Shown piece by piece: positions 51,856 through 64,000 of a stretch of DNA of 64,000 nucleotides. The notes beneath the pieces were generated by a model. The model was given only the letters and a program-made list of their open reading frames with translations, was not told where the DNA came from and ran no database searches. The position numbers were made by a program, and so were the translations under genes. Position 1 is the first letter of the stretch. Every line of letters starts with the position of its first letter. The stretch comes from an uncultured virus (IMG/VR IMGVR_UViG_3300028299_000005) (taxonomy: Duplodnaviria > Heunggongvirae > Uroviricota > Caudoviricetes): IMG/VR virus record IMGVR_UViG_3300028299_000005; one strand, written 5' to 3'.

Positions 51856-53610
51856 ATTTTTATTCCCTAAATTTTTTATACTTCATGTAATCTTTCTCCT
51901 TATTTTAATATAGTATATTTATTTGTTTATATCAAGGTAGTTATCAGTCATTTCAACTTTAGGTGCCCAAGATTTTATTGGAATTCTTCCTTCTGTAAAT
52001 ATTCTAGGCATGTGTGCCCTCCACATCAACTATATGTTTAGGAAGCATTGTTTTTGAATTAACAAACTCTTCATCCTCTTTCGTAATATACTGCATTTTT
52101 ATAATTAGTGCCGAGAGCTGTTCTGGATTTATTAAACTTAAAATATCAAAACCGTTTCTTAACTTCTCTCCTTCAGCTACTAATTGCCCATTTATAAAAA
52201 GACCTTCCCAGTCTTCTTCTGTCTGCGACTTAACTAGCGTTATATTCATGCTTTTTTTAAGTAAAGAATTTAATAATAATTGTTGAATGCAAACTTGTAT
52301 TCGTAAAACTTCATTTAGTATGTTTACAAACATACTATTGGGATTTTTTGCTATCGCTTTTCGTAAAGCTGCTATTCTTTCATTCATTTCTTCATGTAAT
52401 AGTCCTAAAGCATTACTCATTTGTTTTCCTCTAACCATTTTTCGTTTTGTGTGAACCACACATTAGGAATTTTCTTTGAAAAATCTTTTTCAGTTGCAAA
52501 AATTTGTATTCCTTCGTAATCGATAAAATATCTAATTTGCATAAAATCCGAGTCGGCTACAAAAATTTCAAAATTTACTTTTCCAAGCCTGTTCTGCGAT
52601 TGCTTTCTTAAAGCTAACTTTAATCTAACAGATTCTAATTCCATATATTTTATAGCTAGTTCTTTAGTATTAAAATATAAAGAACCTCTTAGAAGGGATC
52701 CGTCTTTAAAAAAAGTTTGCTCATAAATTAGTTCGATACACGCCGGATTTTTCATTTTTTTCTGTCTCCCTAAACATTATTAATAATTTTTTGTTATTTC
52801 TAATAAAAAACAAATTGTGTGGTCTTGTCGCTTTTGGGTGTATATCTCCAGTATATTTTACAAACACATATGTATCATTTACACTTGTTACAACACCTAA
52901 ATTTTCTTTTATATGAATACCCCCGTCATTTCCGGCTGCAATAGCTTCCCGCATTAGATGCTCAGGAATATAAAGCACCGCATTGCCTTTTTTAAATTCT
53001 GCAGTTGTTCTTTCTTTCATCTTAATTTCTCTTATTCAAAAGTTTGATCCACAAAATCCCAACATTTTTGACGAAACTCTAATTTTATACGTTCTCGATT
53101 CATATAATCTTCTGCGTTAACAATACTTCTCTGTATTCCAGCAACGCCTTTGATCATGCGTATTGCATTTTCTATATATTCTAGATCATCATCTTTTATA
53201 TCACTATCTAAAACAATTGTAAATCCTTTTATTCTATCGGTCATTTTTTTCTAATTGATTTTCATCTAAATTCCAAGCATCCATTCTTTTCATAGCTTCT
53301 AACACAGATTTTTGAGGCATTAATTTTCTTTTTAAAATGCACCATTTGACAATACCCCAATACTTGTCTGCTCTCCACATTTCATACAAACTTCTAATTT
53401 CAGAATAAGGCAATTTCTCAGCATCCACACACGCAAATGCAAAAATATCATTACAAACTACACGTAGTTCTACTGTTTCGTCTGTGCTCTGACTTGAAAT
53501 TAGCTCACCGTTTAGGAGCATATGCGCTAACGCTGCCTCTTCATTAAAAAGTGTCTCGCCATTTTTTCCTTCGAGATATACATCTTTTTTAACAATCATA
53601 TTATTTATTT

Positions 53611-54096
53611 TCATTTCAATAAATGTCCAAAGATTTCTTTTTTATCAGATATATATTCATTAGTTCCCAAAAGAACATGAAAACAGCCTTTTTGTGCTGT
53701 TAGTTCTCTCATCCATTTTATCCAATTCGTCTCCAGTAATTTTACAAATGAGAAGTCATTACCACGTGTCTTATACCTATTAATATACTCAATCTTCAGA
53801 AATGGATTTGGATATACGAGCGTAAACTCTAGACCTTCTTCTACTAGGGCATCGCGCACTTCTTTATGACTGCTAATAAAAATAATATCTGCTTTTCCTA
53901 TATTAGCTTTTATATATTCTATATAATTAGTGGGAAAACCCACTTTATTAAAAGTAGAGCTGTCACTGTCTAATATAACTTTTCCATCCATCCCACCAAA
54001 CACAGTATAAAAATATGATTTACCTGTGCCTGGAAAAGCTGAACATAACAATGTTTTCTTTTTCTTAAATTTTTTCACAATAGGTCTCCATAACAA
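53611..54096 (-). CDS. P-loop kinase-like protein
   Basis: SAFPGTGKS; LDSDSS; ends in TGA within an ATGA overlap. Confidence 0.7.
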   Translation of the reverse strand: MLWRPIVKKFKKKKTLLCSAFPGTGKSYFYTVFGGMDGKVILDSDSSTFNKVGFPTNYIEYIKANIGKADIIFISSHKEVRDALVEEGLEFTLVYPNPFLKIEYINRYKTRGNDFSFVKLLETNWIKWMRELTAQKGCFHVLLGTNEYISDKKEIFGHLLK

Positions 54097-56466
54097 ATTT
54101 AGAAAGAACTCCTACTCGTGGAGGTTCTTCTATGGTCTGCACAGTTACCACATCTAAAACAAAAGTTGCGGCTACTCTAGTTTTGGCACCCGTTACAAAA
54201 AATTCAGTGTCGGCGTCTATATCAAACTTAGCTCCATTTTGGTCAATAAACCCAACAACTGTTTTAGTTCTATATTTTATATTCATTCTTTATTTCCTAA
54301 ATTAAATTCGTGTAGTCGTATCAACCGTCAAAAGCCTATATTTTTGTTCTTGCTCCTCTAATCCCCAATTACGCCTATTTTTTATAGTACGGCGTATCTG
54401 TGTTTTAGCCTTTGACTCTGTTTCAACTCTAACAGGATTGCCTCGACTACAAGAATAACAAAGCTGTCCATCTTCAGAAACAAAAGTCATAGGAATACCC
54501 TCTTGATCTGTAATAATAACATATCTTATTTTTTTCATATATTCCTCCAAATGAAAGGGGCCGATAACTGCCCCTTTAAGTTAAAATTTCCTTACGATGC
54601 CATCTTTTTTAATTATAATCTGTTTACCAAAAAACTTATATAACCAACAAAGCTTAATAAAAACCAAACTTTTACGATTAGCGGTTATGTCACTAAAAAC
54701 ATTCCATACTCCATTTAAGAAATATTTAGGTACTTTAACTGTAAACGAAAAATCTGTCTCATTCGCTCTTACTTTTAAATTTGGTAAATCTATCGCCATC
54801 TTATATAACATTAAACTTAAATCAGGCTGCACCGGAACCGGTGCTTTTCCTGCCCGTTTTTTTATTATTTTAGCCATGGGCCATACCTCTGTTTTTCTAT
54901 TTTTATTTACTAACCTTTTATAGCAATTCTATATTATTATTCACCCTCTATTACTATATCAGGCTTATTACGTTTTATAGGTTCTATAACAAAACCCAAT
55001 AGTTTTTTTCGTGCTCCGGCTTTTTTTAACTGTTCAAGCTGAACGGTTAATTTTCGTCGTTCAAATTCAGCAAATGTCTCTTTATTCATTTTATTTACTT
55101 CAAAATATATACCTTCAGGATCATCTCTATAATCCCAAATACCCTCCAAAACTTCACATTTATCTGTAGTTACTTTAGTTGCTAAAGCCATGCCAAGAGG
55201 ATGAAAAAATTGTCTATTTACTTCTTGTAAAAAACCTAACTCCCTAAATTCAGTGATATTCATATATTTTATGGCTTCAGTATTTTTGGACTTTTTTGTT
55301 TTTACTATATTTTTTGACATATTGTTTCTCTAATTATATTTATTGTTGTATTCAGTGCTCTTTCAATATTTTGTGTATCTTTGTCTTTTTCTTCCTCTTC
55401 CATGGTTAACAAATCAACCGCTGGGATTTCTAAAAGAGGAATAGTTTCTGGAAAACCCGTTTTAGGTTTTGTTATAATGGTAGCAACAGTACTCTTCGGT
55501 TTTTTAGTCCAACCCCAATATGCTGCCTGACTATAATAAGACTCAAGATAAGCAAGTCTTCTAGCCGCTTTTTTTGCTGTTGCAAAACAAACAGGACAAT
55601 CCATAACTACTTTTAGGGTAGGTTTTGAATCAGTGTAGATTCTATCAACTTTATGAATAGAGAGGCCACAAACTGTTTTTTCTTTTAGAGATGTTTTTGT
55701 TGATATCTTATGTAAAATTTTGCCATTTGGCACTACCAAATATTTCATTTTACTTTCTCCCAAAAAAAGTAAATTATTTTTTGTGTCATAAATGTCTCCT
55801 ATTTATCTTTGTAATTCTAAAATTATTTTTCGAACGATTTTAGAACTAATTTATCACAGATTTAACTAATGTATAATACTTTTTTAACTGTCATAGCCCG
55901 TTCGCCTTTTGGGATTTTACGAGTATTAACAGTTACATCACTCATCTCAAAGTTCTTTACAATCGTTCTTGGTATTTCCTGATCAAACGTGAAAAATTAA
56001 TTTTAACCAAGCTACCAAATTATCAAAAAACTGTTTTAATCTTTGCATTTGAAAAGTCTCCTTAACCAATTGTCAACATACAATGTGCAATCGTTATTTT
56101 TGTTTTGTATATTAAAATTCTTTATTCTTACTTCAACACACTCTATAGCTGTATCTTTCTTTCCTATCACTTTTTTACAATGTGCTGGTGTATGAAATTC
56201 CACCGATCCCCAACTAAAATATTTGCAGTTTTACAATATACCTTCATGGTCTATTCCTTTAATTTAAAAGGTAACACGTTATGCAAATAGAAATAAATAT
56301 AATAATAGCGGGAATTAAAATAAAAGACAATGCTGCTATTAGTGCCGCCGCCACTACTAAAAATGCCATTATCCCTATTGCAAACGCAGCTAACATTATA
56401 ATGCCTAACAACCATTTGCCTGTAGCTTTCAAAAACTTTTTCATTTATTTTCCTTTTGTTTAATTT

Positions 56467-56539
56467 TGGAGCGGGCGATGAACTTGATTTTCATATCTCT
56501 CTGCTAAAATGCCGAGGCTCTCCTTTGAGCTACGCCCAC
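56467..56539 (-). pseudogene. Degenerate tRNA-like element
   Basis: Acceptor stem, D arm and CCA intact; anticodon arm and T loop non-canonical. Confidence 0.55.
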
Positions 56540-57154
56540 ATATTTTTAATTGCTTTCAAAAATCCACGCTGGTCTTTTACTGTTCTCAGGTGCTCGTATT
56601 CTTCGTGAATGCCAAGGATCTGTTAGATCAATAACCATCTTTATGTTTTTATTGTATCCTAAAATTTCTTCATTCAGCGGGGCATCTATAATTTCTACAT
56701 GTCTTTCCAATATATGTGTAAATGATAATGAAAGCCCGCAATTCACACACGGAATTGTAGTCAGCCATAAACCATTATTACTGTGCGTGACTATGCACTC
56801 TGTTCCCACTGGGACTGAACCATAGTGATTTTTGAGTTCATGTACACATCGTACCTTTAAGCCAATTCAATCCATTTTTCGTTTAGGCAATTTCATATTA
56901 TTCCTTTATCTTTAAAAATTTCAATTCGGTTTTTTTATCAAAACCATCTCGAACAGGACATAGCGGATTTACGCCAAAAAGAGCTGCCACTATCTCAGGT
57001 TTTAAATATTTTGGATAAGGCTGTTTTGGTAAATCCCACCCAATAGTAATTCCTGTACCATAGTCATCTATAATATAACCATTTGTGCCTTTTGGCACTC
57101 CAGAAAAATCCCGTAATGACTCAACTTCGGAACCTATTTTAATTTCTTTTATTG

Positions 57155-57349
57155 TCATTGTCGATGATTCCAAGCTTCTGTTACTTCACACTTAGTAGAA
57201 CCACTTACACGTACAGAGTGATTGTATTTTATACAACCGAGCTCATAGGTATCATGCTTACCGAACGGCCAAAAAATATTTCGATGTCGGAGTACTTGTG
57301 GTATATGCGCACAAAAAGGACAGGGTAACAAATCAATTTTTCTTTTCAT
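57155..57349 (-). CDS. Lar-like (restriction alleviation) zinc-finger protein
   Basis: LLPCPFC...EAWN.R. Confidence 0.5.
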   Translation of the reverse strand: MKRKIDLLPCPFCAHIPQVLRHRNIFWPFGKHDTYELGCIKYNHSVRVSGSTKCEVTEAWNHRQ

Positions 57350-58339
57350 TTAGTCTCCTTCTATAATTCCTGCTGGAAATTGTTCACAAAAGAATTTTAA
57401 TGCCAATAAAGCATTTCCTGCATTTCCTTGTGTGGCCTCCCAGTAATTATTTGTTTTATCAATACCTAATTTTTCTATGGCTTTATTTATATGTAATAGA
57501 CACTCTTTACCGGTTTTACCATATAAAAACCTAATACCTTCATCTCCTAACACTTCCTTATAAAAATAACCATAATTATAAGTAATATTATGTTCTGCAA
57601 GGTCATTGCCACCTATAATATATGTTCCGCCTTTATAATAATGTGGCTCTTTTAATTTGCAAACCTCACCTTGTATATTAACCATTCTTATGTCGTAACT
57701 CATGGATATCTCCTAAATTTGTTAATACTATATCTGAATGCAATAACTTTGAAATCTGATGTTTACTGTTTGGCTTATTATAAGAGCTATTCAATCGAAT
57801 AACGTTATTACCTGCATAAGTGTACAGTTCTTCCCAGCTTATTCGCTTAATAAATTCTTGATATTTCTTATCTAATTCTTTCCAAAACTGATATGTTTTT
57901 GAAGGAAAACGCCAACTGAAGAATTCTGATATAGCCTGTGGTCTGAGACTTATCAGGACTATACTTAGATCATGAGAAGCGGCTGCTGCATTGCCATAGG
58001 TTAAAAAGAAGTGTTTATAAACCTCTAAAACACCTTCTCGCTTTAAAAACCAATATAATGTTTTGAAATTCATAACTTAAAGTCTGCTAACAGTTTCTTT
58101 TAATTTCAGCTGTGCGGGGGTATGTTCGACGAATAGCCATTCATCTGTATTTGTATCCGGTTTTACTTTGATTATGTTAAAAGCATACACAGAGCCCAAC
58201 TCATCAAAGAGGCCTATCTCAGAACAATGTGTTTCAATCATGCGAATATCGCCCCTCATATTATCTTTCATAACACCCGTTACCAATGGGCCAAGTTGGT
58301 TTGTAAGAATAGCCATACCTGCTTTTATATCATTTGTTT

Positions 58340-59170
58340 TCATTTTATCTCCTTTAAATTAAAGCTTGATTTATATAGTTTCATAGTAGGTAAATTTAAA
58401 TATTTACTTAATAACTCTGGCTCATATAAAGACATTTTTAACCATTTTTTATCTTGTAAATATGGATAAAAATTAGCTCCAAAAGCTATTTTTGAATAAT
58501 CTATTTTTTTTATCTGTTCAAATAAATACCCAAAATCTGTGAATGTACGCGAAGCTCTGCCCATCCTCATATATGGTAGTAATACAAAATAATGTACTTT
58601 TGGAAATTTTTTATAGATCTCAAGAAAATCATCTACAGAATCTTTATCAGATATAATTATATGCAGATTAGTTCTAATCCCGGCAGCTATATAACAATGC
58701 GCTGCCACTTCCCATGCCAGATGTTTATGTGTCGACACTGCCACACCTCCACAATAGTTCTGTGTTAGTTTTATTAGTGACGAAGACATATTAAGTCCGT
58801 TTGTAGTATAGTTAGGCATAATTCCTAAAGCCCGACAGGTTTTTATGATTTCTTCAAATTGTACATGATCTGTCGGCTCTCCGCCGCCAAAAGCTACTTG
58901 AAACGGTCTTTGATGCGGAGTCATACATTCAAAAAAAGTTTTAAAGCGTTCAAGAACAGGTAGATCACGACTATATGAGGTACAGCTATTTTGATAACAA
59001 TATGGACAGCCGCCTTTACAATAGTTTGTAATACTTACGTCATAAAATTCAGGGTAATCAAGTTCTTGAATAGGCTTTGAAGGGTCTATAGTCATTCTTA
59101 TAGTTTTTCCGCTACTATTAAAAATAGCATAATAATTTTTATCTTCAAACCTTCTAGTTTTAATCACCAA
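58340..59170 (-). CDS. Radical SAM protein
   Basis: CKGGCPYC, GGGEP, YTTNG. Confidence 0.9.
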   Translation of the reverse strand: MVIKTRRFEDKNYYAIFNSSGKTIRMTIDPSKPIQELDYPEFYDVSITNYCKGGCPYCYQNSCTSYSRDLPVLERFKTFFECMTPHQRPFQVAFGGGEPTDHVQFEEIIKTCRALGIMPNYTTNGLNMSSSLIKLTQNYCGGVAVSTHKHLAWEVAAHCYIAAGIRTNLHIIISDKDSVDDFLEIYKKFPKVHYFVLLPYMRMGRASRTFTDFGYLFEQIKKIDYSKIAFGANFYPYLQDKKWLKMSLYEPELLSKYLNLPTMKLYKSSFNLKEIK

Positions 59171-59245
59171 TCTTCCTAAGCTTCAGATCTTTGAATAGCC
59201 AGACTAAGAACTGCTTTCTGTTGTTTTTTATTTAGTTTCTTCATT

Positions 59246-59623
59246 TTAACCTAAATGATAGCGTTTACAATTAAAGCTATCTTCAATCACGTCAAAAAAT
59301 TTGTAAGGTATGCTGTTGTCATCTGTTCCTGTAATGAGAACATCTCCAACTTTTAAATGCTTTAAACTGGGATAATCGTCTGCCCAATTTTCATGATAAT
59401 CCTTTACTGTTTCTTCGTCAGCCAATGTTACTGTTAAACAATCACTAAGAGCTTCTGATCCAGTATCATTATATAGTGCCTTATAGTATGGCCATTTTTC
59501 CTCCAAAATACCTCTAACCATGTCAGCTGATTTTTCTCCACTAGCTACAAATAATTCAGTAGATGAATTTGTTATGACATCCACGAAAGAGTGAATAGAC
59601 ACAACAAAAAATGTTTTTTTCAT
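59246..59623 (-). CDS. Radical-SAM-associated protein
   Basis: ITNSSTELFV motif next to the radical SAM gene. Confidence 0.5.
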   Translation of the reverse strand: MKKTFFVVSIHSFVDVITNSSTELFVASGEKSADMVRGILEEKWPYYKALYNDTGSEALSDCLTVTLADEETVKDYHENWADDYPSLKHLKVGDVLITGTDDNSIPYKFFDVIEDSFNCKRYHLG

Positions 59624-60271
59624 AATTTTTCCTTCCTATAGTCTAAAATTTCATTTAGTTTATTAATAAATTCTTGAGATTGAAGAATACGCCCTTCTCT
59701 AATATATATAAGCATTTTATTATCAACGGAATTTTTTCTTAAAGGCTCTAATTCTGCACGGTATTGATCAATCTCTGCCTGCGTATCCTGTATATCTTGC
59801 TCAATAGTTTCCGTAGGAATATGTGTATATTTGCTAAAGCATGTCATTATTTAAACTCTATATTAAATCACGCGAATTAAACTTATTATTGCCTTTATCC
59901 TCTGTAGGCCCTTTTTCCTCGTCATCAATAAAATTAATCCATACTTTCTTTATTCTTTTGCCCCAATCACCTTCTTCGCCAACAAGAGCATATACCGGAT
60001 ATGTACCATCACCACGTCCAGAAGACACACACACTCCAAGGCCTTCATGACCAAGATCATAATTAAAGGACTTCATTGTGGGGAATTTTTCTGACAGCCC
60101 CTCACAAAACTCAAACCAACTTTTACCTATTGCTTTAGGAAGGGTTTTGCTATGTAAAACATAACAAGGATCTCCAATCCAAACTAAACCGGCATCAACG
60201 CCTATCATTCCTATTTTTACAACTGTGTCTTTCATTATTTCATCTTCTCTCTATTTTGTTATTTAAATTGT

Positions 60272-60417
60272 TGGGACGGCCGGAGGCCTTCAGCTCACGG
60301 CGCAGCCCCTCTCTGTAAAAAAGAGTATTTTATTTTACTTCCTTCATCCTAAGGAAGCCGTGATTCAGAATTACCGGACTTCGCACACTACATGTGAAAT
60401 CGTGCAACTGCCGCCCC
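60272..60417 (-). ncRNA. Unknown structured RNA
   Basis: GC-rich terminal stem GGGGCGGC/GCCGTCCC with nested CCGG, TCACGG and CTTCCTT stems in an AT-rich intergenic gap. Confidence 0.55.
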
Positions 60418-62468
60418 ATTATTTTTAGTTACTTACTTAATTTTTTAAGTATTTACCGGAACAAATACAGCCGTAGCTTTCATGCCTTTAGCACGATCAG
60501 TATCTGTAATACGATATATCCAGCCACCAATAACACGAATTATCTCAATAGAGAGAGAACCCTGTAGATATCCAACAGATGTATGTAAAGGCATGTCATT
60601 TAAAACTTCTTGTGTTATTAACATTTTCTATTTTTTGGTTTTTTAATTTTTTCACCCTATGTCCTTTGTAGCATCTGGAAAATAGCCACTTGTCATCAGT
60701 TCTAACCAGCGTTCGGCATTTTTCCGTATTATTATTACTCGAGCTATTGAAGAAGAACAATCATGAAAGGAATAATAATCCTGTTCCTCCAATTCAATAA
60801 AAGTACTGGCATCATCAAAAAGAATATATACAGGCTCAATATGTTGTTTTTTCTTTTTGAAAGGCTTCATACGAAAACCTTTTATTGCTACAACTTTTAA
60901 TCCTATAATGTTTAGTAAAGAAATCATATTTTTATGTCTGCTCTTTTATATTATCTACTGCCGGTTTTAATATTTTTAAAGTTATGTATGACCACCAAGT
61001 AATCTTGTGCCAAGTTTTTTTACCTTGAAAATTCTTTATTTTTTCAATAGCTTCGTACTTCGACGCCTTAATTCTAATTTTTCCAATAGCGTCACCATCT
61101 TTATTTATTATCTTATAATATGCTTTATATTTCATATATTTCATATATTTAATCAAAGTACTTCATTGGATGACAAATTGAATCACAACCATGCCAATCA
61201 AGATTAGCTTTTATTTGTTTACCTACTGACCGAATAAAATCTACGATCATCTCAGCCATTAAAAAATCAGGCATATCACATTCATTCTCGATCGAATATT
61301 TGTTAATTAATTCTTCTAGTTCTTTTTTAAATGCTTCCATTAAATTTCTCCATATTTTTACTCCTTTGTGTTTTGTTTATTACTTATCCTTTGGTGGTTG
61401 ATTTTTAAAACAATTATCTTCTCTACAAATACAACCATCTAATCCTGATAGTAACATTCTTCTGTGGCTACATTCGATATTCCCGTTTATATTCATTTTA
61501 AGTTTGCACTTCTTTTGAATTTTTATAAATGTCTTATTCTTTGGTGAGTCACTTTCTAAATTTTGCCAATTTCGAGAATAATTTCTATAATCATCTATAA
61601 TTGGTTTATCCTTCTTACTCCTTACAAGTTTTAAATCCTTGCTCAATTTATTATCAATATCTATTTCTTTATCTTTTGGTACGAAAAACCTCATTAATCC
61701 AATTTTTAATTCAAGTTTTTTCTTTTCTTTCGCACATTCTTTGATGATTGCTTGTTTGTATTCGTCTAAATCATTAACCATTTCCAATTTGCAACGCCAT
61801 CCTGTATACTTACTTGCAATTTCTTCTTTTTTTTTTCATTGCTTATTCTTTAAAACTTCTTTTAATTTTCTATAACTATGATAGTATTTACTTAACATTT
61901 CGATACAATCTTTTTTGGCTTTAGCATTATCAAGTTTTGTATCAAGATTGCAAGTATGAATTAGCAGAAAATATAATGCCAACCAAACAAAAACCCCTAC
62001 TTCGCCACCATCGTATTTACATTCTGTCATTTTTTCTCCTGTTAATATTTCTAAATTTAAAATTCATATATAACCAGAGCAAGTATCTACGGATGTCTCT
62101 TAACCATTTCCTTACTTGTCCTTTAAGTTTAAAACATCAAGACAATATTTGTAAGGTCTTCCGCTGGACTTACTCCATTTCTTCGCACATTCTTTGATGA
62201 TTGAGTTTTCTAATTGGTCTAAACTTTCTTCAATCGAATGTTCTAAATTCTCAATGCTAATATTAGCATTCCCATAATTGTGAATTTCTAACATTATATC
62301 ATTAAGTGTTTTTTCTTTCATCATATTTATCCTCTTAAATTATTTTACAATTTCTCTTGCAAATGTAATTTTTGTTACAGTAATATTCACCACCGTAGCC
62401 ACTTTGGTTTAGGTATTCGAAATACGTACTACTTGCGCTATCACGCTCTTTGGTAGTATGAAAACGTT

Positions 62469-62498
62469 AAAGGGCAGGGCTATTTAGTCCTGCCCTTT
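62469..62498. terminator. Intrinsic terminator-like hairpin
   Basis: AAAGGGCAGGGCTA-TT-TAGTCCTGCCCTTT. Confidence 0.7.
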
Positions 62499-62504
62499 TT
62501 TATT

Positions 62505-62589
62505 TGGAGGGGGCAACCGTGGTGGTTTACGGCTCCGGCCGATAACCGGATGAACGTCAAATGACGTGGTTTCGAATACCGCTCCCTCC
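62505..62589 (-). ncRNA. Unknown cloverleaf-like RNA ending in CCA
   Basis: GGAGGGAGC/GCCCCCTCC terminal stem enclosing four short hairpins. Confidence 0.5.
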
Positions 62590-64000
62590 GCTTTTTATAA
62601 ATTGTTGCTTAGTCATAATGTTATTACTTCTTTATATGATACAATTAAAAATTGTAATGTAAATCAGTATCTTTAATTATTATTCCTCCTTTAGGTTTTT
62701 ATGGTAATTATCAAATCCATTTATTATTTCTAACATTAAATTCATAGTATTATGGGATATTATGTTTCCTGAATGACTTTTATTGTCTCCGTCAAAGTGT
62801 TCAGATTGTATGTTCCTAAAAATTTCTAATTTATATTCAGTATCAAAATCTAAATCAATCATTTTTTTCGCACATTTTTCAATGATTGATTGTTTATATT
62901 GGTCTAAAGTCAATGCCTTTTGTCCGATAGTTAATTCTTTATATCCCAATATTTTTATTCCACAAAGAAATCCTTGTTTATCATAGTCAAGATAAACTCC
63001 ATAATCAACTCTATCAATTTCAGTTGTTTTGTCTATTTCTCCATCACTTAGTTTTATATAAATTGGTTTCTTATTCATTTATTTACTCCTTAATTGGCTT
63101 GTGAAATTCTTTATAAAAATCTATCATAGCATCATATATACTATCTCCAAATCCAGCAATTCCTTCTTGTAAATTATCACCATACAAATAACACCATTGA
63201 TTCCCATCTTTTTGTGGCTTTAATCCAAGTATAGAGATTAACTCATATCTTGACTTATCATATAAATCAGTCATTTTATCTTGATGTTGCATTTGGTCAT
63301 AGTGCTGTCTTTGTGCAGATTCTTCTCTAAAAATTTGTATCTGTTCATCTATTAAACTCATTATATTTACCTCTTATCCTTTAGGTTTCTGATTGCTTTG
63401 ACTGTTCACGATAATTGTTATAATGTTTTAAAATATTGTCTGTAGTCGATTTTTCTGTTTTAACAAATTTCCCAAATGTAAGTATTAGTTCTATGTCTAA
63501 AGACGATGTTTCTCTTAATCTTGATAAGATATTTACATCTGTGCATAGTCTTTTTTCTTCTTTTAGTTTATCACATATAGCAACAATTAATGTATCTCCA
63601 TTATATTTACTCATTTGTTATCCTTTATTCTTTAGATGTATGATTGCTTCTTTCATGGCTAAATTCCAAAATAATCTACCACAATAACCGCTAATTGTAG
63701 TTCTTAAATGTTCGTCGGGAATTGCCATTACGTACTCTTTTGTTGTCATTGGAAAAACCGATTCAGGATATGGATTTTGGATTTCTTGTATATCTTTAAC
63801 ACATTCTTCGATTATGCTTTGTTCTAATTGGTCTAATCTTTCTCTAACATACTTACAATTATCATAATAACTATTTCCATTGCTTAACATCATTGACGCT
63901 AAGTCCACTATTATTTCTTTCTTATTCATTTATTACTCCAGATTAAAAAATTACAATTAATTTCATTTGCCCCATTTTTTGCACAATCGTACCCCATTTT

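Larger units (their letters stand above)
52004..63929 (-). other. Dense array of ~30 small co-oriented phage hypothetical genes (also 48690-50402)
   Basis: Short abutting minus-strand ORFs, many with AGGAG-type RBS. Confidence 0.7.

Overview
AT-rich segment of a huge (jumbo) bacteriophage genome. The + strand block 8005-23384 reads only with TGA=Trp. It holds a single ~3593-aa fused beta-beta' RNA polymerase with four inteins, followed by an operon whose proteins share an M-[SG]-KFFK-x-A N-terminus. The - strand reads in the standard code and carries a retron-type reverse transcriptase flanked by up to five separate msr/msd-like RNA cassettes (1-3464), a MoxR AAA+/VWA pair, a tmRNA, an RNase P RNA, 32 tRNAs, RtcB and other RNA-processing genes, three group I introns and a long run of small genes. 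A 692-aa TerD-domain protein is surrounded by four copies of an unrecognised structured RNA, one with a YrlA-like permuted tRNA domain. The best candidates for new systems are the one-RT/many-ncRNA retron locus and the TerD-protein/Y-like RNA locus. All calls come from reading the sequence by eye; no searches or folding programs were run.
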